Below, piece by piece: positions 40,947 to 52,981 of a DNA stretch of 64,000 bases; within the stretch, counting starts at the first letter, position 1; each line of letters begins with the position of its first letter. Location: positions 17,327,146-17,391,145 of the forward strand of contig NC_068987.1 of the NCBI RefSeq assembly GCF_001194135.2. The letters run 5' to 3'. The notes below the pieces were generated by a model. The model was not told where the DNA came from. It was given only the letters and a program-made list of their open reading frames with translations, and ran no database searches. The translations under genes and the position numbers were made by a program. The stretch is from Octopus bimaculoides. Taxonomy: Eukaryota.

Positions 40947-42166
40947 TGGCATTATTGTATACCACATGCATCAGAACACAGATCGCCATAAGATATATAA
41001 TTTGGGGAAATTCACGCAACATGAATAGTGTCACTCTATCAGGCATAAGAGTATTTTGAACGTAGTCCATAAAGTAAAGACCATTGTCATCAGAAATACA
41101 CTACCGTTTCCGTCTCCGGTCCTGTAAATCACCATACCACACAGTGAAATCAAATACATGGAAATGTGTGAAAAGTCAAATCCTAAATTTAATATTTACT
41201 TGAGAGCCTAAGTGAAGGGTTAGCAACTGGATTTAAACACGTGATATTATATTTCAGCACTTTTAAATTGAACCTCACCTTTCATTTTATTGGGCGGTAA
41301 TGGGCTAAAGAAAGATAACTTTAACTGACTTTCGGTAGCGTTATGATGTTGACAGATAATCTACTGTTCAATACTGAATAGAAAATATACTTGCTTTGCT
41401 AAGCTGATTAAAACCTTCTGAAAATATAATGATTTGGCTCTTGGTGCGATTCATTAACACATATCTATTCTCTAGATATATAACTGTGTTACAATCTAGA
41501 ACTGTCTCAGACAGATGCACAAATAAATAAACAACCTGCTATACACTGAGATACACACATGATGTTCAATTGACCCTACTTGCATAATACATAAAGGAAG
41601 AATAAAAAAATACCTGTAAGAGAAATTATATGCCTAATGAAAATAATATGATCGCAGAAGTGAATTTCATTCGTATATCATTATGTGTTTGTGTGCCTGC
41701 GTGTGATTTAGAGAGTATGCTGCGAATCATAAAGCAACTAATGTTTACCATTGTACATAATGTCAAAGAGTGAAAGACGGTAATAATAATTAGAATTTAA
41801 ATAAAACATATGTTATTTTCAAAAATAATATAATGAATACAAAATTTTCGTCATATAATTATTTATTAAATTGAAATAAAATTCAATAAAACATTTCAAA
41901 TCAACAGTACGCTTGCAATTAATGTGTTATCATCATCAACAACAACAATGCTGTTTTTCCTATGAATTAGAGATTTAACATTTCAGGATATTACTTAAAG
42001 CGACAAAAGTATTTTTTCTAAACATTGATGGGTAACTTATTAGCTACAATTCGGTAATGAATAGAGATGTTTTCAACAATATCGCAGTCAACATACTGAC
42101 ATTGCTTAGTTACTAACAATATGACGTACACAGTCATATTTACATACGTATCTCTGAACGCATACA

Positions 42167-42206
<40 letters not shown>

Positions 42207-42209
42207 CAC

Positions 42210-42251
<42 letters not shown>

Positions 42252-42269
42252 NNNNNNNNNNNNNNNNNN

Positions 42270-42312
<43 letters not shown>

Positions 42313-42899
42313 CATATATACATGCATATATACATATATATATATATATATATATGTTTTTCTCTATGCGTGTGCATATATATATATGTATGATTATATA
42401 CAAATATATATATATATATATAAGCCTTTGTATGTTTGTGTGTATATATGTGTTTGAATGTGTGTATGTATGTATGTCTTTGTGTACATATTTATCTATC
42501 TGTATATATGCATATGTATGTGTATGTCTGTGTGTTTGTTCGTGTTTGTGTGTGTGGGTGTGCGTGTGTCAACAGACGAATTCACATTAAGCATGTTGAT
42601 CCCTACAAGTGATCCGGGTCGGATTCTAAGTATCTGATTTAGGTATATCCGTCAGTGCAGATGTGTCACTTCGTGTGACTCCAACAGAGGTCGCCTTAAA
42701 ATAAAGTTTACTTAGCAATATCTCTCCTTGTCCTCCTTGTATATAGAAGTGGCAAAATTAATGTATATAGCTTCACTCTTATGGATGATACATAACAAAT
42801 ACTAGTCAGAAAAAGAAACTAATTCACAATACAGCGGAAAAAAGTATTAGAAATGACCGTAGTATATATGAATTTACAAGCGCTGTACTTACGTAGTCT

Positions 42900-43085
42900 G
42901 GCGCACATACAGTCACTCGTAAAAAGGCACACGCATATTACAAGTTCATATCTAGTACGAAGCTCTCAGTGCCTAGCCTCATACAACCAGGCAATTTTGA
43001 GCATACTCGCCGAGAATGTAGCATCTGCCTCTCTGTTAATATAACTACAACCATTATTGAGTCGAAGATTTCATTCACTCTGACA
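42900..43085 (+). mobile_element. Penelope-like element fragment (linker and Cys motif before GIY-YIG)
   Basis: LVKRHTHITSSYLVRSS then, frameshifted, QPGNFEHTRRECSICLSVNITTTI; homologous to 43776-43860. Confidence 0.6.
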
Positions 43086-43101
43086 TGACAAAACCTCCTA
43101 G

Positions 43102-43160
<59 letters not shown>

Positions 43161-43769
43161 NNNNNNNNNNNNNNNNNNNNNNNNNNNNNNNNNNNNNNNN
43201 NNNNNNNNNNNNNNNNNNNNNNNNNNNNNNNNNNNNNNNNNNNNNNNNNNNNNNNNNNNNNNNNNNNNNNNNNNNNNNNNNNNNNNNNNNNNNNNNNNNN
43301 NNNNNNNNNNNNNNNNNNNNNNNNNNNNNNNNNNNNNNNNNNNNNNNNNNNNNNNNNNNNNNNNNNNNNNNNNNNNNNNNNNNNNNNNNNNNNNNNNNNN
43401 NNNNNNNNNNNNNNNNNNNNNNNNNNNNNNNNNNNNNNNNNNNNNNNNNNNNNNNNNNNNNNNNNNNNNNNNNNNNNNNNNNNNNNNNNNNNNNNNNNNN
43501 NNNNNNNNNNNNNNNNNNNNNNNNNNNNNNNNNNNNNNNNNNNNNNNNNNNNNNNNNNNNNNNNNNNNNNNNNNNNATATATATATATATTTATATATAT
43601 GTATACATATATTTATAGATATGTATGTATGTATATATATATGTATATATTTAATAAAGCTGGCACCAAAGAGGTTATATTATCTAGTAAAATCGATAAA
43701 ATGTGTAAAGTTAAATAGGCTTTAACAAAGATATGAATCTCTGAAATCAAGAAAAAAGGTCTGCAGTAA

Positions 43770-44330
43770 TAACCCCATACAACCAGGCAATTTTAAATGT
43801 GCTACCGAGAATCTAACACCTGCTCCTACATCAATAATACTACCCCCATTACTGGGTCTAATGCACATTTTTAATCTTATAATTTTCATGATATACATAT
43901 ATTACGCCGCCCTGAACATTAGGGAATCCAACCGACGCCTTACTGATAGTTTCGCAAGCATATTGAAAGCGTATATCTGACCAACCTGACGATACCCCTT
44001 CAAAACTACAAGACATTCCATCCCACAGTTGTCTCTGTGCGGCATCATCGCACCCTATGAAATCCCATTCTCAAGGAAATAGAGGGAACAAAAGTTCATA
44101 TTCGCACTGGGCATCATACTATCGACAGTTTCAAATGAACGCTCTTTCTTTGTATTCTTACACCCTCTGGTAAATCATTAAATCCTATCATAATCTTGAA
44201 CTCACCCCACTCCTCATTATTTGCTTTCGTCTCACTCTCGATTTGGCCTGCTTCTCCTTATTCCATTATTCTCTCCTTTTCCTTTCTCACACCGTTTGTC
44301 ACCATTCTCTGTTCACAAATGAAGCTCATG
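43770..44330 (+). mobile_element. Penelope-like element GIY-YIG endonuclease remnant with CT-rich 3-prime region
   Basis: Motifs in order: QPGNFKC, NTCSYINNTTPITGSN, LNIRESNRRLTDSF (cf. LYIGET.RRL.DRF), HSIPQLSLCGI, SRK*REQKFIFALG...NER (cf. EQKLIF.LGT..P.G.NERF), with stops and frameshifts. Confidence 0.78.
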
Positions 44331-44958
44331 TGATCCTGCGTTCCCTATCAGTTGCAGCCAACTTCTTTTAAATGTAGATGACATAGTTCTACTGTGTTTC
44401 ATTTAAATTCCCTCGTATCAACATTTCAATAAAGAACTCTGTCAAAAACTCTGCAACTTCCGCTCCTCACAGCAAGTTCCCTGTACTTATCTTATAAATT
44501 TTATTACTAAATACACAAGTTTACATACACACATACATACATACATACATGCATACATAGATAAACACATACAAACATAATAGATACATACATGCACACA
44601 AACACACATACATACATACTCACAAACACACACATACATATATATAATACTTATTTAAAGATGAATTTACGTGTATGGACACTTGGAATTTCTCTCTCCT
44701 GATTTTCAGGTAACAGACGATATGATGAAGGAATCTTGTTTATATATCGTAATGTTATTATCAGTCCGCATATGTTTGAGGCACGTTCGAACTGTGGAAC
44801 AAGTTACTCACTGCATTTTGTAATGGAAAATATATCCCGTATGTTGACAAATGGTGTGTATGGTTATCAATGCTTTGCGATAACCCTCTGTAACTTGTTT
44901 ATACAATCATTTGTTCTGTTTGCTAGCACGACCTTTTGAAAGAAAAGCAGGATATATA

Positions 44959-45023
<65 letters not shown>

Positions 45024-46234
45024 ACGTATATAAGTGTGTGTGTGATGTGTTCCATCGTTCATCTGACTTTTATAAAATTATCACTCAAATGTTCTAATTC
45101 GGTAACACAAAAAGTTTTGTATTATGCAAGCTCATATTATATACACAAAGAAGATAGATTTAAAGACAGAGAGATATATAGAGATTGAGAGAGTGAGAGA
45201 GAGAGAGTGAGAGAGAGAGATACGGATTTTACTTCAATTACAGAAACCGAAATAATCAAACGCAATATATGACAGCACTTGATCACAGAATCGCATCAGA
45301 TGTTCCTGCACTTCAGAAGTCATATATCATGTGACAGTTTCCTTATATAACCCAGGCACGTCATATTTCCACGATGGCTTCGCTTAGACGCCATTATGGA
45401 CAAATCTCAAACGAATCACACATAACGTATATCCGGATCCAGAAACAAAACTGGAATATTCAAATGAAATATTTTTGATTCCTTTTATATGATGAGTGTA
45501 CATATACGAAAGATGTGTGATATGTGGAACGTAATAAAATTAATGTAGTTAGTTTAAAAAAAACATGAATGTATTGTACACACACTCTTATACACACACA
45601 CAAACAAATATATATCTACATATATANNNNNNNNNNNNNNNNNNNNNNNNNNNNNNNNNNNNNNNNNNNNNNNNNNNNNNNNNNNNNNNNNNNNNNNNNN
45701 NNNNNNNNNNNNNNNNNNNNNNNNNNNNNNNNNNNNNNNNNNNNNNNNNNNNNNNNNNNNNNNNNNNNNNNNNNNNNNNNNNNNNNNNNNNNNNNNNNNN
45801 NNNNNNNNNNNNNNNNNNNNNNNNNNNNNNNNNNNNNNNNNNNNNNNNNNNNNNNNNNNNNNNNNNNNNNNNNNNNNNNNNNNNNNNNNNNNNNNNNNNN
45901 NNNNNNNNNNNNNNNNNNNNNNNNNNNNNNNNNNNNNNNNNNNNNNNNNNNNNNNNNNNNNNNNNNNNNNNNNNNNNNNNNNNNNNNNNNNNNNNNNNNN
46001 NNNNNNNNNNNNNNNNNNNNNNNNNNNNNNNNNNNNNNNNNNNNNNNNNNNNNNNNNNNNNNNNNNNNNNNNNNNNNNNNNNNNNNNNNNNNNNNNNNNN
46101 NNNNNNNNNNNNNNNNNNNNGACAAAAACCTGGCAATCTTATATCTTCTTTTCCAGTGAAATTCTTCACTGATATCGAAAAAGTGAAAACAAGCAATGTT
46201 AATTCTCTAAATGAAGTATTAACAGTAACTGCAC

Positions 46235-46398
46235 GATAAAGTGTAGTATATTGAGAGGGATAACTTCCCTTGGCAAACAGGACACAGTCGTGTGTCGATA
46301 AGCCAGCTGGAGGAGATGTCCTCCTGGGGCTAAAAGCAACAGTAACATCCACCCCTAGGGGTCAGCCACACTTAAGTGGCAATATACTACACTTTATC
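46235..46398. mobile_element. 164-bp MITE-like element with perfect 19-bp terminal inverted repeats
   Basis: gataaagtgtagtatattg (46235-46253) and caatatactacactttatc (46380-46398); GC-rich interior; no clear TSD. Confidence 0.65.
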
Positions 46399-46674
46399 AA
46401 ATCAGAAGCCCTGCAAGAAATCAGTAAACATTCTCTTGCAATACTTAACTGTGTCTTGTCGTCCCCTTCGCTCCATGTGTACATAGACATATATATATAT
46501 ATATATACACTTAGGAAGTGTTTTGGCCGGTCATAAAATGACCATCGGTTTCGCACCAATAAAGTGTTTAGCAGTATAGGTGAATCGTCAGACTCAAAGA
46601 AAAACATTTGTAAGTCACTGTTCTAATGCCTTAGAGCGTACTACTTTTGGGATATATGAACTACTAACACTAAG

Positions 46675-46726
<52 letters not shown>

Positions 46727-46892
46727 NNNNNNNNNNNNNNNNNNNNNNNNNNNNNNNNNNNNNNNNNNNNNNNNNNNNNNNNNNNNNNNNNNNNNNNNNN
46801 NNNNNNNNNNNNNNNNNNNNNNNNNNNNNNNNNNNNNNNNNNNNNNNNNNNNNNNNNNNNNNNNNNNNNNNNNNNNNNNNNNNNNNNNNNNN

Positions 46893-46957
<65 letters not shown>

Positions 46958-47274
46958 CATGCATATATATAATTACCTATACAAGTGCATGTATGTATAT
47001 ACGTGTATACATATATACACATAATACTGCATTGCAACTATATAATCTAATGACGCTTTATTACTCTGACCGCTCGAATAAACTATAGGTTATATAAGAT
47101 ACAATATTATACAATATTATAAGATACAATAGGTTATATAAGATACAATATTATATAGAAAATTAATCACAATTGAAATGTGAATCTGCAATTGCATAAA
47201 TAATTAGATGACTGCCTGTTAGATCAATGCGGTTATAATAAATCTCGAATATATTCATAAGGATTTTCCCTGAA

Positions 47275-47293
47275 TAATAATAATAATAATAAT

Positions 47294-47365
<72 letters not shown>

Positions 47366-47460
47366 TATAATAATAATAATAATTATGATGATGATGAAGA
47401 TGATGATAATAATAAAATAATAATAGTAGTAGTAGTAGTAGTAGTAGTAATAATAAGAAG
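47275..47460. repeat. (AAT)n grading into (GAT)n and (AGT)n
   Basis: Direct reading. Confidence 0.95.
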
Positions 47461-47938
47461 AATATTGCTCATGTAAAATGTATCAGGACGTAATATAGCA
47501 GGGATTTATATGAATAATTGTGCTTTAGGAATATTCATTGAAGCATAACTCATCATTAGAATATGATAGACGAAGGTATCTACATTTATAAATAAAGGTT
47601 AAAGGTTAGGTTATTATTTTAAAGCTAGTTGAAGAATAACAACTGAGCATTTAGAAATAGAATGACTGAATATTATGGACAAAGTGAAATTTATCATAAG
47701 ATTCGTATTGAATGGTGATTCAAGTTCATACAACATATTACATAAGCCTTTAGTTTGAATTTGAAGTCCCAGCCATCATGAAATTTATAATATATATATT
47801 TACATATGTATATACATAGGAAGATATATCTGTGAGAGAAATGTTGCATAATGTATTTGTTCTGGATGTTTGCGTTCGTGTTGAAATCCGTTTATGGCTT
47901 ATTTAATTGTAATCTTAACGCGTTCTCCAGTTTAATAC

Positions 47939-48087
47939 CCTAACTGGCACCATGGATATCATGCCCCCAGATGCCTCCAGTTGTGTTACAACCATTCTGG
48001 ATACTTTTCCGGTCTCAGGATTCATTAATTTTTCACTTCCAAAAGACTTTGGGGCCGCAGTAGGTGTTACGAGCAATGCCGTTCCAC
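47939..48087 (-). CDS. Candidate 149-nt internal exon (xGTALLVTPTAAPKSFGSEKLMNPETGKVSRMVVTQLEASGGMISMVPVR)
   Basis: GC-elevated island, acceptor aatttttagttag, donor AGG|gtatta, open frame; the antisense plus frame 47931-48095 is also open, so strand is uncertain. Confidence 0.3.
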
Positions 48088-49490
48088 CTAACTAAAAATT
48101 TTTAAATGGATAACAGAAACGTGAAAATCGGTTTGTATCACCATATTAACCATTTAATTATGTATTCATATTTCGTAAACACATGCATATATTTACACAT
48201 ATATACCTATACATACATACGTACATATATACCTACACCTTAGATCTATCATGGCGTCTGATGTGGCTTTTAAAACCAGGCAATAATATGGTATCATATT
48301 ATTCTCCTTATAAGTGAACAGTGAGGTGAATTCAGACACCCTGAGCAAATTAGTATTTTTTTTTGCTTCTCTTTTACTATTAAGCTTAGAAAACAGTTTA
48401 CTGCCTAAAATTCTTAGAAGGTCACACTAAGTTTAAGATTATACCAGAAATATAGTCATGTCGTATTTCAAAGCAATCTCTTCTGTCATGTGCCATAAGA
48501 TTTTATTATACTTCACCTAAACTATACTTCAACGAGAATAATCTTATATTTGAATCCTCAGTTCGCTTCAACTAACCGCATGAGTAAAACCTTGAACAGA
48601 GCTGCGGAGCAATTTGTATCCTCGATGAATGTGTATGCAACAGAATCAACTAAATGTACAGAAATGCTACTCGAAAGGGCATTAGGACACTTATCTAGGA
48701 GACGCACGAGTCGCAGAGGAATTAAAGGATATTGTGATAAACAAAATTTGAAGGTTTATAAATTCTCCATTCTTCTTAATGATGTCTTCATACGTATGTA
48801 TGTATATATATATACNNNNNNNNNNNNNNNNNNNNNNNNNNNNNNNNNNNNNNNNNNNNNNNNNNNNNNNNNNNNNNNNNNNNNNNNNNNNNNNNNNNNN
48901 NNNNNNNNNNNNNNNNNNNNNNNNNNNNNNNNNNNNNNNNNNNNNNNNNNNNNNNNNNNNNNNNNNNNNNNNNNNNNNNNNNNNNNNNNNNNNNNNNNNN
49001 NNNNNNNNNNNNNNNNNNNNNNNNNNNNNNNNNNNNNNNNNNNNNNNNNNNNNNNNNNNNNNNNNNNNNNNNNNNNNNNNNNNNNNNNNNNNNNNNNNNN
49101 NNNNNNTATATATATATATATATATATATATGCATATGTGTATGTCCGCGTTCGCGTGTGTGTGGAGAGAGAGTATGAGAGAGAGAGAGAGAGAGAGACA
49201 GATAGACAGAGAGAGGAATATGTCAACTAGAATATGAAATACAAAAGAGATATGAAGAACACAAAGCAGAGAAAACAATGCAAGATTTGAAGTAGCAGCG
49301 AGACAAAAAGACATTTAAAAAAGGTGTGAAAGGGAAGATGAACAATTTATTTTGCGTAAAGAAGAAATTAATAACACCAAGCAAAAAATGGTTCAAGCTA
49401 AATACAGAGATATCGAGCGAGAGAGGTAGTAAAAGAACAAGGTAGAGAGAGGGAGTAAATAATTTGTAGTAGTAGTAGTAGTATTAGTAT

Positions 49491-49537
<47 letters not shown>

Positions 49538-49949
49538 ATAATAATAATAATGATAATAATAAAAGGCATATAAATAATTGCACACAAAAACATTTCTTTC
49601 TACACAAGTACGCACGCTAATGTGCGTAAACATATATATACACCTGCGTATATATATATATATATATATGTGTGTGTATGTGTGTGATACACACGCACAA
49701 ACACACACATACGCAAACACATATACACGTGCCTGTGTTGTATTTTGTGTATGTATATATGTCTTTGCGTGTGTATGCGAGTCGGTTGCGAAAGGCGTTT
49801 ATATGTTTATAGATAAACATCCATATACATTTATGTATATATCCATATGTATACATAAATATATCGATATATATTCATATGAATATATACACATATAATT
49901 ACGTATACAAACTCACATGTAGAGAAACTCACGCACAGACACTCACACA

Positions 49950-49994
<45 letters not shown>

Positions 49995-50516
49995 GCATAT
50001 AAATATCCTCGCCTATCTAAAATCAATCGTAATTAATTTAGGTAAAAAAATATCTGTATGTTTGGGTTTATTTTTCCATTTTCTCTTTTACGTTGTGATT
50101 TTTATATGGTTTGATTGCTAGATACATTAATTCTTTGTTATTGGCGTTGTTGTTCTAGCTAGTGTTATTGTTTAGGGTATTTTCGGATTGGTTTACACTT
50201 TGGATACACACATATACACATATACATACATAGATACACACACACACACACACACAAATATACACACACATATATATGCATGTATAAATTTGTATATGTA
50301 CACATATATATATATATGTATGTATGTATCATGTGTACGTATGTATTGTTTGCATGTTTGTTGTATGCAAATCAGTGGATGTGAAAGAAATGTGTGTCTC
50401 ATTAATTTTACGTAGTTAATTACGATGTGATATGCCATGAAAGACATTATGAATATAGGGTAGTTGGCGTATCGATTGATGGCCTCTAATGAATCAATAT
50501 GACTTCTACTACTAGA

Positions 50517-50517
<1 letters not shown>

Positions 50518-50582
<65 letters not shown>

Positions 50583-50594
50583 AAGAAGAACAAC

Positions 50595-50628
<34 letters not shown>

Positions 50629-50641
50629 ACAGCAGCAGCAA
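50518..50641. repeat. Compound (AAT)n(AAG)n(AAC)n(AGC)n microsatellite
   Basis: Direct reading. Confidence 0.95.
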
Positions 50642-51165
50642 CACTAAAGATTATATCATTATTGTTGTTATTATTTTAATCATAATTAGTGAGAGTATAT
50701 GGTATACAGTCGAATAGTAACTATAATAACAATAGCCGTTTTGTTAAATATAAGCTAAATACCAAAATACCAGAACAGTAGTAATCAAACAAATTATAAG
50801 ACGATATTAACAGCCATTCCATTCTTTAGTTATCGGATTCCTAAAATGCACAATAGTAAAGCATCGATATCGTTGTCTATCGTTAGAACTAGTGTCAAAT
50901 AAAAATAATGGGGTTTTTTTTCAAATGTTGGCAGAAGGCCAGTAATATCAGTATGTGTGTGTGTGNNNNNNNNNNNNNNNNNNNNNNNNNNNNNNNNNNN
51001 NNNNNNNNNNNNNNNNNNNNNNNNNTTGATTGATTGATTACCTCGAATATATTACCTAAAGGATACCTTAATATATTGACGCTGACAGGGATTAAAATTC
51101 AAAATATTAAAGAAACGTATGAAATATTTCCAAGTAAATCAAGGTGCAAATGATTCTGTTGAATC

Positions 51166-51196
<31 letters not shown>

Positions 51197-51217
51197 CTTC
51201 TTCTTCTTCTTCTTCTT

Positions 51218-51248
<31 letters not shown>

Positions 51249-51849
51249 GTGTTGTTGCTATGTTGTTTTGTTCTCTAATGCTGTGTTCGCATCCAAGCAG
51301 TCCTCCTCACCCTCTTTTTATTGGTAGATGCAGTCTGCATCTGTTACTTTTTAAGTGGAGTATCCCATATCTAGTCAGCAACTTCCTTGTCTTTCTGTCT
51401 AAGCTGTTTAGTTTGTCTAATGCCATGCGACTACCCCTGTTCCATATCTAAGGAGTGAAACCACCCATGTGCTGAATAGCTTCAATCTTATTCCGTCAGT
51501 TTAATTTCGACTAAAGGATCAGTCTCAGTGCGTAGATACTCCGCCTTAAATTTTTCTGTCATTTCTTTCTCCATGAATTTCTCCATTTCCAATATCCCCA
51601 AGTACTTATAGCCCGTCTCTTCCATCTGCTTCATAACCTCCCGCGACGGTATCGCTAGCCCACTCGTACATTTTATTTTGCCTCCCTTCAAGTATAATGC
51701 CCCACAGTTTTTCAGTTCGAAATCCATTCTGAGGTCAGCACTGAAAGTATACACCCTATCAACGAGGGAACTGAGTTGTTATCTTAGTTCACTGGTAGCG
51801 ACCGGCTGACACCGTAGTACATCTCAAGCGTTAGAAACTGTGAAAAGGC

Positions 51850-51850
<1 letters not shown>
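51249..51850 (-). mobile_element. R4/Dong-clade non-LTR retrotransposon fragment (late RT and thumb region, inactivated)
   Basis: QLSSLVDRVYTFSADLRMDFELKNCG.LYLKGGKI...GYKYLGILEMEK..EYLR, then frameshifted LRLIL*SKLN*RNKIEAI, STWVVSLLRYGTGVVAW, LDRKTRKLLTRYGILHLKS..RLHLP.KRG*GGLLGCE, matching R4-type YKYLGI / AINTWAV..LRY / LDRKTRKLLT..HPKSD.DRLY.PR..GGRGL. Confidence 0.9.
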
Positions 51851-51899
<49 letters not shown>

Positions 51900-52042
51900 T
51901 AAATTTAACAATTAAATTTCCAGCATAAAATGGAATATAATAATAGTACAATTTGTAAAAAAGTTATAAGATCTAAAATTTAAAAGAAGGGTTTTTGTAG
52001 TTAGTCAATTCTTCATCATTCATAACTGGTTCCTAAGTCAGT

Positions 52043-52205
52043 AAGAATCGTTAGCTCGCCGGAGCATATGCTTAGTGGCATTTCGTCCGCCTATGTGTTC
52101 AAATGCCGCCGAAGTAGACGTTACCTTTCATCTTTTTGGGGTCAATAAATTAAATATTAGTCGAAAACTGGGGCCTGTGTAATTGACTTAAAGTTACCCC
52201 TAAAA
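52043..52205 (+). mobile_element. SINE family A, diverged
   Basis: agaatcgttagctcgccgg..gcttagtggcatttcgtcc..gttcaaatgccgccgaagtagac..ctttcatctttttggggtcaataaatt. Confidence 0.85.
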
Positions 52206-52750
52206 TTGAAACCATCATTTAAGCCGTTCTTTAATTTACTAACTCTTAATGATTAGCCATCTAATCATTCTGCTAACTCAGCACTGTTTTCCTTTAATTG
52301 ATAACTAAACGGCTGAAGAGAGACATTCGATGCTCGTACCGAGCACATCCGCATCGCGTAACTGTGTATCAGAGACAATAATAATAGTGTCATTCAACGT
52401 AGTTTTGAGTAAGAAATCAATAGAAAACGGTAAAATTTAGACAATAGAGTCTAATTCCTATTTGTTATATTAGCTTTGTTACAAAGAGATTTTGCTTTGT
52501 GCACAAGTGGTACTGGAGACCAACATTGTTTCCTTTTTTATTGTTTTTCTTATATTTGTAATATGATTACAGAATACTGTGTAGTATTGACGAATGACTT
52601 TACATTGTGAAAGAAACTTAGTATTGAACAGGTCAGGTACTTCTTTGAGCGACTGCTGGAGATTGAAAGGCAAAGTTAAACAAGGTGACGGATTCGATCT
52701 GTGAACGTAAGCATAAATACCTAACATAGAATAGATGCAATATATCCGAT

Positions 52751-52895
52751 AAGGCGACGAATCGGCATAATCGATATAACGCCTTGTAGAATGTCAAGTG
52801 ATATCTGTTTCCGCTCTCTTAACTCTAGGGTCAAAAACCGCCGAAGCCACCATTGTCTTCTATCAGTATTGGTTCATTGAATAAAGTACCACTGG
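52751..52895 (+). mobile_element. Highly degenerate SINE family A
   Basis: aaggcgacgaatcggcataatcg ... gggtcaaaaaccgccgaag ... aataaagtacc. Confidence 0.45.
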
Positions 52896-52931
52896 ACTCC
52901 TAGTTTGAAACATCTACCTCTCGCAAAATGT

Positions 52932-52981
52932 GCAGTGCAGCGTATTACAACACGCAGTGCAGCGTATTACAGTACGCAGTG
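52932..52981. repeat. 22-bp tandem repeat, about 2.3 copies
   Basis: gcagtgcagcgtattacaRYac x2 plus gcagtg. Confidence 0.9.
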
